Source: an uncultured Pseudomonadales bacterium
GTDB lineage: Bacteria; Patescibacteriota; Microgenomatia; UBA1400; MFAQ01
Direction: 5' to 3'
NCBI GenBank assembly: GCA_964513845.1
Contig: CAZENT010000003.1
Span: 70,809-134,808, forward strand
DNA: 64,000 nucleotides
Each line of letters begins with the position of its first letter. The stretch's first letter is position 1. The notes beneath the pieces were generated by a model that saw nothing but the letters and a program-made list of their open reading frames with translations, was not told the origin of the DNA and made no database searches. Shown in pieces: positions 20,402 through 31,000 of the stretch. The position numbers and the translations under genes were made by a program.

Positions 20402-21040
20402 ATGGAAATAATTAAATACATTATCGATTTCTTTTTGCACATCGACAAAAATTTGGCGATTGTGATTGCACAGTACGGAACTTTGACCTATGTAATTTTA
20501 TTTGGAATAATTTTTATGGAAACGGGATTGGTGGTAACGCCTTTTCTTCCCGGAGACTCACTGCTTTTTGCAGCAGGAGCTTTGGCGGCGATGGGGTCAT
20601 TGAAAGTTGGATTTCTTTGGGTGCTGATGGTGGTCGCTGCAATACTGGGAGACACAGCAAACTACTGGATTGGACACAAGCTAGGGCGAGATGTTTTTGA
20701 TGGGAGAAGCCGATTTTTTAAAAAAGAATACTTGGATGAGGCTGAAGAGTTTTATGCCAAACATGGAGGGGCGGCAATATTTCTTGGACGCTTTGTGCCG
20801 ATTGTTCGCACCTTTGTACCCTTTGTGGCTGGGGTAAGTGAGATGAGCTATAAACATTTTATTACTTACAATATCATTGGCGGTTTGACTTGGGTTAGTT
20901 TGTTTCTTTTGGGAGGATTCTGGTTTGGAAACATCCCATTTGTTAAAGAAAACTTTCATTATGTCGTTATCATCATCGTTTTGATTTCTGTGGTGCCAAT
21001 TGTTTGGACGGCGATGAAGAGGAAGATGAAGAAGAAATAG
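20402..21040 (+). CDS. dedA: DedA family membrane protein
   Basis: ETGLVVTPFLPGDSLLF, GRFVPIVRTFVPFVAG. Confidence 0.93.
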   Translation: MEIIKYIIDFFLHIDKNLAIVIAQYGTLTYVILFGIIFMETGLVVTPFLPGDSLLFAAGALAAMGSLKVGFLWVLMVVAAILGDTANYWIGHKLGRDVFDGRSRFFKKEYLDEAEEFYAKHGGAAIFLGRFVPIVRTFVPFVAGVSEMSYKHFITYNIIGGLTWVSLFLLGGFWFGNIPFVKENFHYVVIIIVLISVVPIVWTAMKRKMKKK

Positions 21041-21232
21041 AATATTCCTTCTTTTCTATTATTTGTCATTTAGTATTTTGTGACGTCGCCAGGGCGACCG
21101 TCGGTTCCTATTTTCTTGATTCTCGTCCGCTCATCGCGTAGACTCGCAGACAGTAGTCTTGCCATCAAGAAAATTACGGACGTGCGACTTATTGTCAAAA
21201 ATACTAAATTGCCAAACGAAAAGAGAAATATT
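21041..21232 (+). repeat. Structured repeat family R1, copy 2
   Basis: Same sequence and nested IR as 18428-18615; starts immediately after the dedA stop. Confidence 0.9.
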
Positions 21233-21304
21233 TAACTCTACTGTGAATTGCGGACTTTTTCTTGAGGAATAACTTATTTTTGTGAGCTGATGCTAGAATG
21301 AATT

Positions 21305-22240
21305 ATGGTTTGGAATATTTTAATGGGATTAGGATTGCTGCTGTTGATCGTTTTATCTTCAGGGGTAGTGGTTGATGTGTTTGAAAGATTTGTGATGAGA
21401 CTTCCAATAAAAAGAAATAGAATAACGATGATTCTCATTGGGTTCTCTTTGGCTTTGCCTGAACTGTTTGTAGGAATAGCGGCCGCACTTGACGGAAAAC
21501 CACAGATGGCTTTGGGAACTGTTGTTGGCGCAAACATGGCAAATCTGAGTTTAATTATCGGAGGTCTGGCTGTAATCGCTGCGGTAATCCCTGTGGTGGG
21601 TGAGTACGTGGAAAAAGACTTGTGGGTGACTGTTGGGCTAGCACTAATGCCATTTTTAATGCTTTTTGACGGAACAATTACAAAACTCGAGGGTGGAGTG
21701 TTGATTGTGCTTTACTTTGTATACGCTCTTTTCCTTTCAAATGAAAAAGTAATCGCAAAACAATCGAAGACTAAAATTACCGGTTTTGAGAAGTGGGGAT
21801 TGCCTGTAGTGCTGATACTAGGTGTTTTGATAATGGCAGTTTGTTCTTGGCAATTGGTCCAAATAGCAGTGAGAATTGCAGCTGTTTGGGGGGTGAGTTG
21901 GTTTTGGATGGGATTGCTTTTAATCGCGTTCGGAACAACCTTGCCGGAGTTGCTTTTAATTTCATTTTCTAGAAAAAAACATAAAGCAAGTTTGGCATTA
22001 CCCGACTTACTTTCGAGCGTAGTGATGAACTCAACCGTAATTTTGGGAATAGTGGCTCTAATTACTCCAATAATAATTAAAGAGTCGGTACAAAGAGGCT
22101 TGTCGGGAATGTTTTTGGTGATTATCCTCGGGTTGTTTTGGTTATTTACCAAGTCGAAAAAGAAACTAGAAAGATGGGAGGGGGTAGTCCTGATCGGAGC
22201 TTACTTGATGTTTATCGGACTACAGTTTATTTTTGCTTAA
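21305..22240 (+). CDS. Na+/Ca2+ antiporter family (YrbG-like)
   Basis: Two alpha repeats: ALPEL...GTVVGANMAN and GTTLPEL...SSVVMNS; multi-TM. Confidence 0.85.
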   Translation: MVWNILMGLGLLLLIVLSSGVVVDVFERFVMRLPIKRNRITMILIGFSLALPELFVGIAAALDGKPQMALGTVVGANMANLSLIIGGLAVIAAVIPVVGEYVEKDLWVTVGLALMPFLMLFDGTITKLEGGVLIVLYFVYALFLSNEKVIAKQSKTKITGFEKWGLPVVLILGVLIMAVCSWQLVQIAVRIAAVWGVSWFWMGLLLIAFGTTLPELLLISFSRKKHKASLALPDLLSSVVMNSTVILGIVALITPIIIKESVQRGLSGMFLVIILGLFWLFTKSKKKLERWEGVVLIGAYLMFIGLQFIFA

Positions 22241-22243
22241 CAG

Positions 22244-23107
22244 CTAATCGTCACTTTCTTCAAGACTGAGAAGAGCTTTTATTTGGTTCAAAATACTCTT
22301 CCTGGGTTTTCTTTTAATAAAGACTTTTTGGAGATTCTTGAAGAAATCGGAAGTGGGATTGGCTTTTTCTAGATATTCACCACCCATGGGGTATTCTTTT
22401 TTTTGATCAACTTTCTGATTGGTCATAATCTTTAGATTAAGGATGGCATATCTTTGAAGGAGTTTAAGAGTGCCAATTTTGCGAAAGCGTCTTAAGGAAT
22501 AAACATAGCGAGGTTCACGAATAACAGAGAAAGAAAAGCCCTTATTATATCCACGGCGGACAAATTCAGTGTCTTCAGCAAAGCCAACTTCAGGATTAAA
22601 GCCTCCAATTTTGCCAAAGCGTTTTCGGAGACAACCAATCATGGCTCCGAGTGCTCCAGGAGTCCCAACCATTAGACCTGTTTCGGTAAGAAGGTTGAGA
22701 TAAGTGGCAATTGCTTTGTCAGATCTACGTTTAGAGTCCGGTAATATCCAGGTGGTGAACAAATCGCTTTGTTTGACTCCTAGGTGGTATTTGACGCCTT
22801 CAAGAAAGTGTTTTGGAAGACGATTGTCGGCATCGTTGAACATTAGATACTTTCCAACTCCGGCTTCACCACCCATATTTCTTTGAACTGAGACATTCCT
22901 GATTTTTGAATTTAGAATAGTGAGAGAAGGAAGGGTGTCTTTATAGTTTTTAGCGTATTCAACAGTTTTATCTTTGGAGTGGCCATCAACGACAATGACT
23001 TCAAAATCTTGAAGTGTTTGTGCCGCTAAATCTTTGAGAAGAAGGGGTAGAGATTTTTCTTCGTTTAGGCAGGGTATTACAATGGAAAAAAATGGTTCTT
23101 TATTCAT
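22244..23107 (-). CDS. Glycosyltransferase family 2
   Basis: SIVIPCLNEE, VVDGHSKDKT, FNDAD, GGF...AED. Confidence 0.92.
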   Translation of the reverse strand: MNKEPFFSIVIPCLNEEKSLPLLLKDLAAQTLQDFEVIVVDGHSKDKTVEYAKNYKDTLPSLTILNSKIRNVSVQRNMGGEAGVGKYLMFNDADNRLPKHFLEGVKYHLGVKQSDLFTTWILPDSKRRSDKAIATYLNLLTETGLMVGTPGALGAMIGCLRKRFGKIGGFNPEVGFAEDTEFVRRGYNKGFSFSVIREPRYVYSLRRFRKIGTLKLLQRYAILNLKIMTNQKVDQKKEYPMGGEYLEKANPTSDFFKNLQKVFIKRKPRKSILNQIKALLSLEESDD

Positions 23108-23126
23108 AGACTGATAGAATTATAGT

Positions 23127-23657
23127 ATGTATTTAATTGTTGGACTAGGTAACCCAGGTGAAGATTACGAAAAGACGCGACACAACGCAGGATTTTTGTT
23201 TGTAAATAAATTAGCCGGAAAAGAGAATTTTTCTGTTGACCAAAAAAAGGAAGCAGAGATGTTGAAGAAGGGTGAAATGATTTTGGCCAAGCCATTTACC
23301 TTTATGAATGACTCGGGAAGATCAGTGCGTAAGATTGTGGATTTTTATAAATTGCCAGTTGAAAAAGTAGTGATAGTTCACGATGATTTGGACATTGCCT
23401 TTGGTGAGTATAAGATTCAAAAAGAAGTGGGACCAAAAGTACACAATGGTGTGAAGTCAGTCGAACAGTATTTGGGAAGAAAAGACTTTTTGCGAGTGAG
23501 AATTGGAATTGATAATCGTCAACCTGACGTGAGCTATGGAACAGGCGCAGATTATGTTTTGTCTAAAATGAGCAAGGATGAGTTAAAGGAGATTGATGAA
23601 ACGATTGAAGAGATAGTAAAAGATTTAGCGGAAACTCTCGGCTTGAATATCAAATAA
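23127..23657 (+). CDS. pth: Peptidyl-tRNA hydrolase
   Basis: LIVGLGNPG...TRHNAGF, FMNDSG, HDDLD, HNGVKS. Confidence 0.96.
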   Translation: MYLIVGLGNPGEDYEKTRHNAGFLFVNKLAGKENFSVDQKKEAEMLKKGEMILAKPFTFMNDSGRSVRKIVDFYKLPVEKVVIVHDDLDIAFGEYKIQKEVGPKVHNGVKSVEQYLGRKDFLRVRIGIDNRQPDVSYGTGADYVLSKMSKDELKEIDETIEEIVKDLAETLGLNIK

Positions 23658-25430
23658 CTCTTTGTAGCGCCCCTTTTTGGCCATGAGATTCTCGTGGGTA
23701 CCGTACTCGACAACAGAGCCTTCTTCAAGAACCAAGATTTTGTCTGCTTTTCTGACAGTACTAAATCGATGAGAAACTAAAAAGATAATTTTTTCTTTGG
23801 CCACCTTTAGAACTTGAGTAAATATTTCTTCTTCCGATTGTGGGTCAACATTTGAAGTCGGTTCGTCGAGAATAAGAACTTCAGAAGGGCGATAAAGAAT
23901 GCGAGCAAGAGCGACTCTTTGCCAGAGCCCTTTGGATGGCTCAACACCATTTTTGAACTCCTTATCAAGTGGATTTTTGAAGCCTAATGGCAGTGACTCG
24001 ACAAAGTCAGTAATGCCGGTGAGCTTGGCGGCATGCTTAATTTTGCGCAAACTCTTCTTCTGAGAGATGTCTCCAAAACGAATATTGTCTTCAACAGAGA
24101 AAGGATATTGGGCAAAGTCTTGAAAAAGAGCCGAAAACTTAAAGCGATACTCTTTGATGTTGTAATCAGCGATGTTTTTACCATTGATAAGGATAATTCC
24201 TTTTTGGGGTTCGTAAAAACGACAAATGAGTTTGATTAGAGTAGTTTTGCCCGCTCCGTTTTGACCAACGATGGCAATGTTGTCGGTAGGATCAATTTTG
24301 AAGGAAACATCTTTGAGAATCCAGTTTTTTGACTGAGGGTACTTGAAATATACATGTTGGAACTCGATACCCTGATCTAGCTTTTCCGGAAAATGAATTC
24401 CTGTGTTTTGGTTTTCTTCAGGCAGAGCCATAAAAGTTTCGTAGTCAATAATGAATAGATAGTTTTGAAAGATGTCATTGGCCTGTCTGATTAAACGACT
24501 AACACTACTAATGAAACGATTAATGGCTTGGCTGGTAATTTGAGCTGTACCGAGAGTAATGACCTGAATAATGGCAAGATAGTAGAGATAAAGCCTTGTA
24601 CTTGTTTCAAACACAGAAAGAGGAAGGGAGGCAAGCTGGCGTTTTTTGGCGAAGTTGGCACTAAGACTTTGACGTCTGCCAAAAATTTCCTTGGCCATTT
24701 TGAAACGCCTTGTAAGTAGGATTTCTACATGACCGAGAATTTTATTTTCATAGAGATAGCGACCCTTGATGGCAAAGTCTTCGAGAGCGCTCCAAACTCG
24801 CCATTTTGGTGAAAATTCAGTGGAAAGAGCGTGCTGCGCCTTGGAAAAACCAACACCAATGATAATGTTGGGGACAGCCAGAATAATACAAGGAATGATA
24901 ATAAGAGGTTCAAAGGTGAGAATTGGAATGGCAGTAGAAATGATAGTAAGTAATAGTTCGGGGAAGGTGGAAATAGGAATGATAAGAGACCAGGCTGAAC
25001 GACCAGCGTTGTCGATAACTTTTTGAAGGATATTTCTGGTTTCGGGGTCTTCGGCGGTGGAAACTGGAAGAAGATTGATTTTTCTGGAGATAGAGATTTG
25101 AATTTTTTCGGAAAGAAGGTTTGAAAGCTGACCACTATAAACATTGTCTACCTCTTCGAGAATTTGTTGAACTCGATCAATAACAAGAGCAATTGCGGCT
25201 GAAATAATCATGCCTCTAATACCCGCACTGATGTCGTGAGTGGTAATAGCACTCATAACGGAGTCAATGAGAAGCTTACCAACCAACAAACTGGGATAGA
25301 CGAGAGCACCATTAAGAGCGTTGGCGAGAGTAACTTTGAGAAAGACTGATTTATCGGTGGCCCAGGCAATTTTTACGGTAGAAGAATAGGTCTTGATAAA
25401 CTCTTTGGCGTTTTGTAGAAGTTTGGGCAT
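23625..25430 (-). CDS. ABC transporter, fused permease/ATP-binding
   Basis: N-terminal TM domain, GQNGAGKTT, PSKGLWQR signature variant, LILDEPT, SHRFST. Confidence 0.92.
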   Translation of the reverse strand: MPKLLQNAKEFIKTYSSTVKIAWATDKSVFLKVTLANALNGALVYPSLLVGKLLIDSVMSAITTHDISAGIRGMIISAAIALVIDRVQQILEEVDNVYSGQLSNLLSEKIQISISRKINLLPVSTAEDPETRNILQKVIDNAGRSAWSLIIPISTFPELLLTIISTAIPILTFEPLIIIPCIILAVPNIIIGVGFSKAQHALSTEFSPKWRVWSALEDFAIKGRYLYENKILGHVEILLTRRFKMAKEIFGRRQSLSANFAKKRQLASLPLSVFETSTRLYLYYLAIIQVITLGTAQITSQAINRFISSVSRLIRQANDIFQNYLFIIDYETFMALPEENQNTGIHFPEKLDQGIEFQHVYFKYPQSKNWILKDVSFKIDPTDNIAIVGQNGAGKTTLIKLICRFYEPQKGIILINGKNIADYNIKEYRFKFSALFQDFAQYPFSVEDNIRFGDISQKKSLRKIKHAAKLTGITDFVESLPLGFKNPLDKEFKNGVEPSKGLWQRVALARILYRPSEVLILDEPTSNVDPQSEEEIFTQVLKVAKEKIIFLVSHRFSTVRKADKILVLEEGSVVEYGTHENLMAKKGRYKELFDIQAESFR

Positions 25431-25460
25431 GTAGTTTTATTTTACGTTAAAATGCACGTA

Positions 25461-25757
25461 ATGGATAAAGCTGGTTTCAAACCAATGATAAATATTTTGG
25501 ATAAGTATGATCTGGAAGAAACAAAACAGAGAAGAATTAGTCGCGAGTTTCAAGATTATGCTTATCGACTGGCGGTAGAGCTAGACGACACCGCTCACAC
25601 GGCTATCTATATGCGACTAGCAAAAAATACGCCAAGACCCGTAATTGAACAAGCTAGATTGTTTGTGTTGGGAGCAAACCATCCGACCAGTAAGGGAAAA
25701 CTATTTATGTGGAAACTGAAGCAAATTAAAGACGAGAATAAGGCTAAGGAGAAATAA
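25461..25757 (+). CDS. Hypothetical protein
   Basis: About 98 aa ORF with TAAAAT 7 nt upstream of ATG 25461. Confidence 0.7.
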   Translation: MDKAGFKPMINILDKYDLEETKQRRISREFQDYAYRLAVELDDTAHTAIYMRLAKNTPRPVIEQARLFVLGANHPTSKGKLFMWKLKQIKDENKAKEK

Positions 25758-25781
25758 CACTTTTGATAAGATGAATGGCAG

Positions 25782-27035
25782 ATGATAAAGAAATATGGTT
25801 TTGGTATATCTCGTGACTCGATGTGGGGGAAGGTTCTGACAATATCAGCAATTCTGTTTTTTGTGTACTTAGGAGATGCAATTTTGAGTGATTGGGTCCC
25901 TTCTTATATGCAAATTGCTTTGGGTAGCTCTTTGTTGATGGGTTTGGTCTTTTCGTTTTCTTCTGTCATTGGATTCATAAGTGATTTGATTTTTCCTCAG
26001 TTATTGCGGAAATTTAAGGCAAGGAAATTGATTCTATTAGCTATGGGGGCAAGTTTGATTTTTTCCGGAGTACTAATGTGGACAACAACTTGGTCGTGGT
26101 TGATACTGCTTCTGTTGGCTATGGCTGTGTGGGGAGTTTATTACGAACTGCTTTGGTTTGGATCGGCTCAGTTTGTATCCGACAACGTACCTGCCCAGTC
26201 ACGTTCTGGAGTGTGGGGAGTTTTGGGTGTGTTCAAAAGCTTGGCATATTTTTTAGGCCCGATATTTGGTAGTTGGCTGACCATTAGTCGAGGAGACTTG
26301 GCTGTGATTATCACTGCTGCAGCGGTGGTTTGCGTTGGATACATAATTTGGGTGCTAACCAAAAGGAAAGAAAAAAATTGTGAACAAGAGAGTGAGCCGA
26401 TGGAAAAATTTAATATTTGGGAAGAGTTTGGGTATTGGAAAGTATTATCTGTTCATGTGTGGCCTGTACTCTTGATTAGTTTGATGATGGGTTTGATTGA
26501 TGCAACTTACTGGACAACCGGAGCGGTATTGTCCGACAATTTAGCTAGAAGTGGTTTTTGGGGAGGTCTATTTTTGCCAGCATATATGTTGGCGCCAATA
26601 TTTATGGGGGTAGTCTTGGCAAAATGGGGAGTCTATAAGGGAAAGAAAAAAATTGCCGAGCTTTTTCTACTTTTTGCCGGAATATTTCTAGCTTGTTTGG
26701 GGTTGAAAGAAAGTGTGTGGGTGATGCTGTTGCTATCTTTGTTAATTGGAGTTTCTTTGTCAATTGCTTGGCCAATGGTGGATGCGGTATATTCAGATAT
26801 TTTGGCTAGAATGGGAAAGGAGCGAAAGCACTTGGTTGGTCTGTCTAGTTCAACGGTGAGCGTGGCGTATATTATCGGGCCGATAACGGCGGGATTTATT
26901 TCCAGCCAAGTGGGTGAAAGAGTGACCTTCGCAATTGTTGGAGTAATGGCAATATTGGTGGCTGTAATACTCTTAATTGTCACACCAAAAAAACTGAAAC
27001 TGCCTCAAGCGAAGATAGCCGAATGGAAGGGTTAG
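25782..27035 (+). CDS. MFS transporter
   Basis: About 12 hydrophobic segments; two GP motifs (FLGPIFG, IIGPITAG). Confidence 0.85.
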   Translation: MIKKYGFGISRDSMWGKVLTISAILFFVYLGDAILSDWVPSYMQIALGSSLLMGLVFSFSSVIGFISDLIFPQLLRKFKARKLILLAMGASLIFSGVLMWTTTWSWLILLLLAMAVWGVYYELLWFGSAQFVSDNVPAQSRSGVWGVLGVFKSLAYFLGPIFGSWLTISRGDLAVIITAAAVVCVGYIIWVLTKRKEKNCEQESEPMEKFNIWEEFGYWKVLSVHVWPVLLISLMMGLIDATYWTTGAVLSDNLARSGFWGGLFLPAYMLAPIFMGVVLAKWGVYKGKKKIAELFLLFAGIFLACLGLKESVWVMLLLSLLIGVSLSIAWPMVDAVYSDILARMGKERKHLVGLSSSTVSVAYIIGPITAGFISSQVGERVTFAIVGVMAILVAVILLIVTPKKLKLPQAKIAEWKG

Positions 27036-27061
27036 TGCGGATTGTGTATGATTAAAGAAGA

Positions 27062-27616
27062 ATGTTTAAAGGAAAGTTGTGGCTTCATCAATTGGTTTTG
27101 TTTGGATTTTTGGCAATTTTGATTTTGTGGAGTGTAATCAACAAAACATTTTTATTCGATTTAAATTTTTTGTGGTGGCTTTTGGGTGCGATGATTGGAT
27201 TTTTGTTTGTGTTTCTAGATAGGTTTGTTTACAGTGTGATATCCAGACCAAATGAAACCTTAAGCTTGCGTATTCGAGAACTGTTTGGACAAAACAATAT
27301 TGCGGAAGGAGTAAGACTGTTGTTGGCTGAGAGATACGAACAAAAAGAACTGGTAATGAGAAGTGCGATGTTTTTGGTGGTTTGGATTGTGTTGGCATTT
27401 TTTACCATGACGAGTGTGTTGAGTTTTTTTGCTAGAGGCTTTGTACTGGGAATTGGGATTCATCTGATGTTTGATCTGATTTATGATTTCAGAAACGATA
27501 AAGAAAGACTGGATCTTTGGTTTTGGCAAATAAAGCGAACTCTTGAGCCAGAAGAAAAGTTTGGCTTTGTAGTGATTACCGGGATTGCCTTTCTCCTAAT
27601 CGCTTTTAATCTATAA
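27062..27616 (+). CDS. Hypothetical membrane protein
   Basis: 184 aa with several TM segments. Confidence 0.75.
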   Translation: MFKGKLWLHQLVLFGFLAILILWSVINKTFLFDLNFLWWLLGAMIGFLFVFLDRFVYSVISRPNETLSLRIRELFGQNNIAEGVRLLLAERYEQKELVMRSAMFLVVWIVLAFFTMTSVLSFFARGFVLGIGIHLMFDLIYDFRNDKERLDLWFWQIKRTLEPEEKFGFVVITGIAFLLIAFNL

Positions 27617-27661
27617 GATCTATTTGACTTGTGAGGTTTTTTGATATACCATGGGGGGTAT

Positions 27662-27889
27662 ATGTCAATAGAAGAAAAAAAGAAATTGCAGGTAATGCTA
27701 AAAAGAATTCAGGGGCAGGTAGGGGGAATTGAGCGAATGGTGGGAGATGATAAAAATTGTGAAGCAGTGGTGACCCAGGTGGTGGCCTCAATGAGTTCAC
27801 TTAAGAGCGTAGCAAAGACTTTATTGGCCGACGCGGTTGGTAGTTGTTCAAAAGAAGAATATACTAAATTGTTGAAGAGATTTCTTTAA
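27662..27889 (+). CDS. CsoR/RcnR/CstR family transcriptional repressor
   Basis: LKRIQGQVGGIERMV...C...TQ; second Cys near C-terminus; ATG at 27662. Confidence 0.85.
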   Translation: MSIEEKKKLQVMLKRIQGQVGGIERMVGDDKNCEAVVTQVVASMSSLKSVAKTLLADAVGSCSKEEYTKLLKRFL

Positions 27890-27918
27890 AAATTATTAAT
27901 AAATATAAACAAAAAAAT

Positions 27919-28242
27919 ATGGAATTAGTTCACTTTACAGATGCAAATTTTGACGAAATGGTTTTGAAAGCAGAAAAACCTGTCCTGGTTGATTTTTTTG
28001 CCGATTGGTGTGGACCATGTAGAATGGTCGCCCCGGTGATTGAAGAGATTGCAAAAAATTATGGTGAGAAAATGATTGTGGGCAAGGTTGATGTGGATGC
28101 CAATTCCGGTGTGGCCGGAAAGTACGGAGTTATGAGTATTCCAACAGTCGTTTTATTTGTAGGAGGAAAAGAAGTGTCTCGACAGGTCGGTTTCGGTGGA
28201 AAAGAAGTTTATGAAGAAATGGTTAAAAAAACCGTTAAATAA
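27919..28242 (+). CDS. trxA: Thioredoxin
   Basis: VDFFADWCGPC, GVMSIPT. Confidence 0.96.
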   Translation: MELVHFTDANFDEMVLKAEKPVLVDFFADWCGPCRMVAPVIEEIAKNYGEKMIVGKVDVDANSGVAGKYGVMSIPTVVLFVGGKEVSRQVGFGGKEVYEEMVKKTVK

Positions 28243-28246
28243 ATAG

Positions 28247-29227
28247 ATGAAGAAATACGACGTAATTGTAGTTGGAGGAGGTCCAAGTGGCTATACCAGT
28301 GCAATTTATTTAGGCAGAGATACCTTGTCGGTATTGGTTTTGGCTGGGGCACAACCAGGAGGTCAACTAATCTTCACAACCGAAGTAGAGAACTTTCCTG
28401 GATTTTCTAAGGGGATAATGGGACCAGACTTGATGATGGAAATGGAAGCTCAGGCAAAAAGATTCGGAGCGGAAGTGCTGTATTCTGAAGTGACCAAAGT
28501 TGATCTTGCTGGAAAAGTTAAAAAAGTATGGGTTGGAGAAACTGAGTATGAAGCCAAAGCGGTAGTCATTTCAACCGGAGCGTCATCAAAAATGATCGGT
28601 GTCGGAGAAGAAGCGTATGTTGGTCGTGGAGTAAGCACGTGTGCTGTTTGCGATGCAGCTTTCTATAAAGGTAAAAAAACTTTTGTTGTGGGTGGCGGGG
28701 ATGCGGCAATGGAAGACGCAATGGCCCTCACAAAATTTGCTGATGAGGTAACGATTGTCCATCGCAGAGATGAGTTTAGGGCCAGTAAAATTATGCAAGA
28801 ACGCGTACTTTCTAACCCTAAAGTAAAGGTGATGTGGAATAGTGAGGTTGTTGGAATTGCAGGAGAACCAAAACTTTCATCAATTAAAGTGAAGAATGTG
28901 AAGACAAATATCGTTACTGAGCATCAGTTGGATGGATTGTTTGTCGCTATTGGTCATGTGCCAACGACAAAACTATTTGAAGGAAAACTAGAATTAAACG
29001 AAAAAGGATATTTAACAACGACAATGACAGCTTTGATGTCCGACATTAAATGGAGAGTATCGGAAAAAGACATGTATCTGGATGGCTATCCTACAATGAC
29101 TTCCATGGAAGGAGTTTTTGGTTGCGGGGATGTGGTGGATTATCGATATCGACAAGCAATCACAGCAGCTGGAATGGGATGCCAGGCAGCGTTGGACGTA
29201 GAAAAATGGTTAGCAGATCAAAAATAA
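28247..29227 (+). CDS. trxB: Thioredoxin reductase
   Basis: GGGPSG, VENFPGF, CAVCD, GGGDAAMED, YRQAITAAG. Confidence 0.95.
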   Translation: MKKYDVIVVGGGPSGYTSAIYLGRDTLSVLVLAGAQPGGQLIFTTEVENFPGFSKGIMGPDLMMEMEAQAKRFGAEVLYSEVTKVDLAGKVKKVWVGETEYEAKAVVISTGASSKMIGVGEEAYVGRGVSTCAVCDAAFYKGKKTFVVGGGDAAMEDAMALTKFADEVTIVHRRDEFRASKIMQERVLSNPKVKVMWNSEVVGIAGEPKLSSIKVKNVKTNIVTEHQLDGLFVAIGHVPTTKLFEGKLELNEKGYLTTTMTALMSDIKWRVSEKDMYLDGYPTMTSMEGVFGCGDVVDYRYRQAITAAGMGCQAALDVEKWLADQK

Positions 29228-29258
29228 AATTCCTAACTTGACCGAGAACGATATTACT

Positions 29259-30983
29259 ATGAGCATTAAACAAACATTAAGAGAGGCGATTGTAGAATTA
29301 GCTTTGGGCAAAGAATTTACGGTGGAACATCCAGCAGATGAAAAGATGGGTGACTATTCTACAAATATTGCCATGGTTTTGGCAAAAGAGCTTCAGAGAA
29401 ACCCGAGAGAGTTGGCGGTGGATTTGGTGGGAAAGTTGGAAAAAAATGTAAATTTGGAAACCATTGTAGAAAAAATGGAAGTGGCTGGACCAGGATTTAT
29501 AAACTTTTATCTAAGAAATGATTTTCTTTTGAATGAGATGAAAGAAGTACTTCTAGAAAAAGAAAACTATGGTCGAAATGAAGCACTGTTGCAAAAAAAA
29601 GTGATAGTGGAGTATACAGATCCGAATCCGTTTAAACAGTTCCACATTGGCCATTTGATGAGTAATGCTATAGGAGAGTCTTTGTCTCGCTTGTTGGAGT
29701 TTCAAGGAGCTGTTTTGAAACGGGCAAACTACCAAGGAGATGTTGGGCTTCATGTGGCGAAGTGTATTTATGGACTGAGAGAGTTGTTTTCTGAGAAAAG
29801 TATCGATGTTGATGATTTGGCTAAATTGAGTTTGGATAATCGAGTGAAGTTTATGGGGGATGCTTATGTACGTGGAGCAAAAGAGTATGAAGAAATGGAA
29901 AAAGTGAAGACGGATATTGATGAGCTTAATAGAGTTATTTATAATAGAGAAGATGAAAAAGTAAACATCGTTTATGACTTGGGAAGAAAATGGAGCTTGG
30001 AGTATTTTGAAGTGGTATATAAAAAATTAGGAACGAAGTTCGACGAATATTTTTTTGAGAGTGAGATGAGTGAGGTGAGTCTTGGGCTGGTGGTCGAGTA
30101 TCTGATAAAAGGAGTGTTTGAGGAAAGTCAGGGGGCGGTAATTTTTGATGGGGAAAAATACGGATTACACACTAGAGTTTTTAAAAACAAGATGGGCTTG
30201 CCCACTTATGAGGCAAAAGAATTAGCACTGATTCGCGCTAAATTTGAGAGATTTAATTATGACAAATCAGTGATTGTGACGGCAAATGAAATCAATGAGT
30301 ATTTTAAGGTTTTGTTGAAAGCGGCCAGCTTTATCTATCCTGATTTGGCAGAAAGAACAGTTCATATTGGCCATGGCATGCTAAGGTTAAAAAACGGCAA
30401 AATGTCTTCCAGAACAGGACAGGTAGTGACAGGTGAAAGTTTGATGGCTGAAGTGAGTGACGAAATTTTGAAAAAAATGGAAGAATCGGGCAGAGGAAAA
30501 GAAATAAAAGATCTTGAAAGTGTGATTATGAAAGTGGCTATCGGGGCGATAAAGTACTCAATGCTCAAACAAAGTCCAGGGAAAGATATCTCTTTTGATT
30601 TTGAAACGTCGTTGTCTTTTGAGGGAGATAGCGGCCCATATCTACAGTACGCTTATGCAAGATCGATGAGTGTATTGGAAAAGGCAGGGAATAAAGAAAT
30701 TGAGTTGAAAAATATCACAACATTAACGAGTGAAGAGAAGAATTTACTGAGATGGATTTATCGATTCCCAGAGATGGTAGAAGTGGCGGGGAATAATTTA
30801 TCACCTAACTTGATTTGTTCTTACCTAATTGAACTATCGTCGAGATTTAATCTCTTTTACGCCAATTGTAAAATAGTAGGAACTGACTCGGAAATGTTTA
30901 GATTATCTTTGACAAAAGCGATGGCTCAAGTACTTTCAAATGGATTGTGGCTTTTGGGAATTGAGACAGTGGAGAAGATGTAA
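29259..30983 (+). CDS. argS: Arginine--tRNA ligase
   Basis: GDYSTN, GPGFINF, PNPFKQFHIGH, KMSSRTG, GDSGPYLQYAYAR. Confidence 0.96.
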   Translation: MSIKQTLREAIVELALGKEFTVEHPADEKMGDYSTNIAMVLAKELQRNPRELAVDLVGKLEKNVNLETIVEKMEVAGPGFINFYLRNDFLLNEMKEVLLEKENYGRNEALLQKKVIVEYTDPNPFKQFHIGHLMSNAIGESLSRLLEFQGAVLKRANYQGDVGLHVAKCIYGLRELFSEKSIDVDDLAKLSLDNRVKFMGDAYVRGAKEYEEMEKVKTDIDELNRVIYNREDEKVNIVYDLGRKWSLEYFEVVYKKLGTKFDEYFFESEMSEVSLGLVVEYLIKGVFEESQGAVIFDGEKYGLHTRVFKNKMGLPTYEAKELALIRAKFERFNYDKSVIVTANEINEYFKVLLKAASFIYPDLAERTVHIGHGMLRLKNGKMSSRTGQVVTGESLMAEVSDEILKKMEESGRGKEIKDLESVIMKVAIGAIKYSMLKQSPGKDISFDFETSLSFEGDSGPYLQYAYARSMSVLEKAGNKEIELKNITTLTSEEKNLLRWIYRFPEMVEVAGNNLSPNLICSYLIELSSRFNLFYANCKIVGTDSEMFRLSLTKAMAQVLSNGLWLLGIETVEKM

Positions 30984-31000
30984 ACTGGTAAAATAAACGC

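Noticed and set aside
23625-23657. 33 bp convergent overlap of pth and the ABC gene
   Set aside because: Ordinary for a compact genome.
29015-29095. Extra about 20 aa in TrxB, and similar extra segments in MurB and the MnmA N-terminus, as repeat insertions
   Set aside because: No palindromic structure or similarity to R1-R4 seen.
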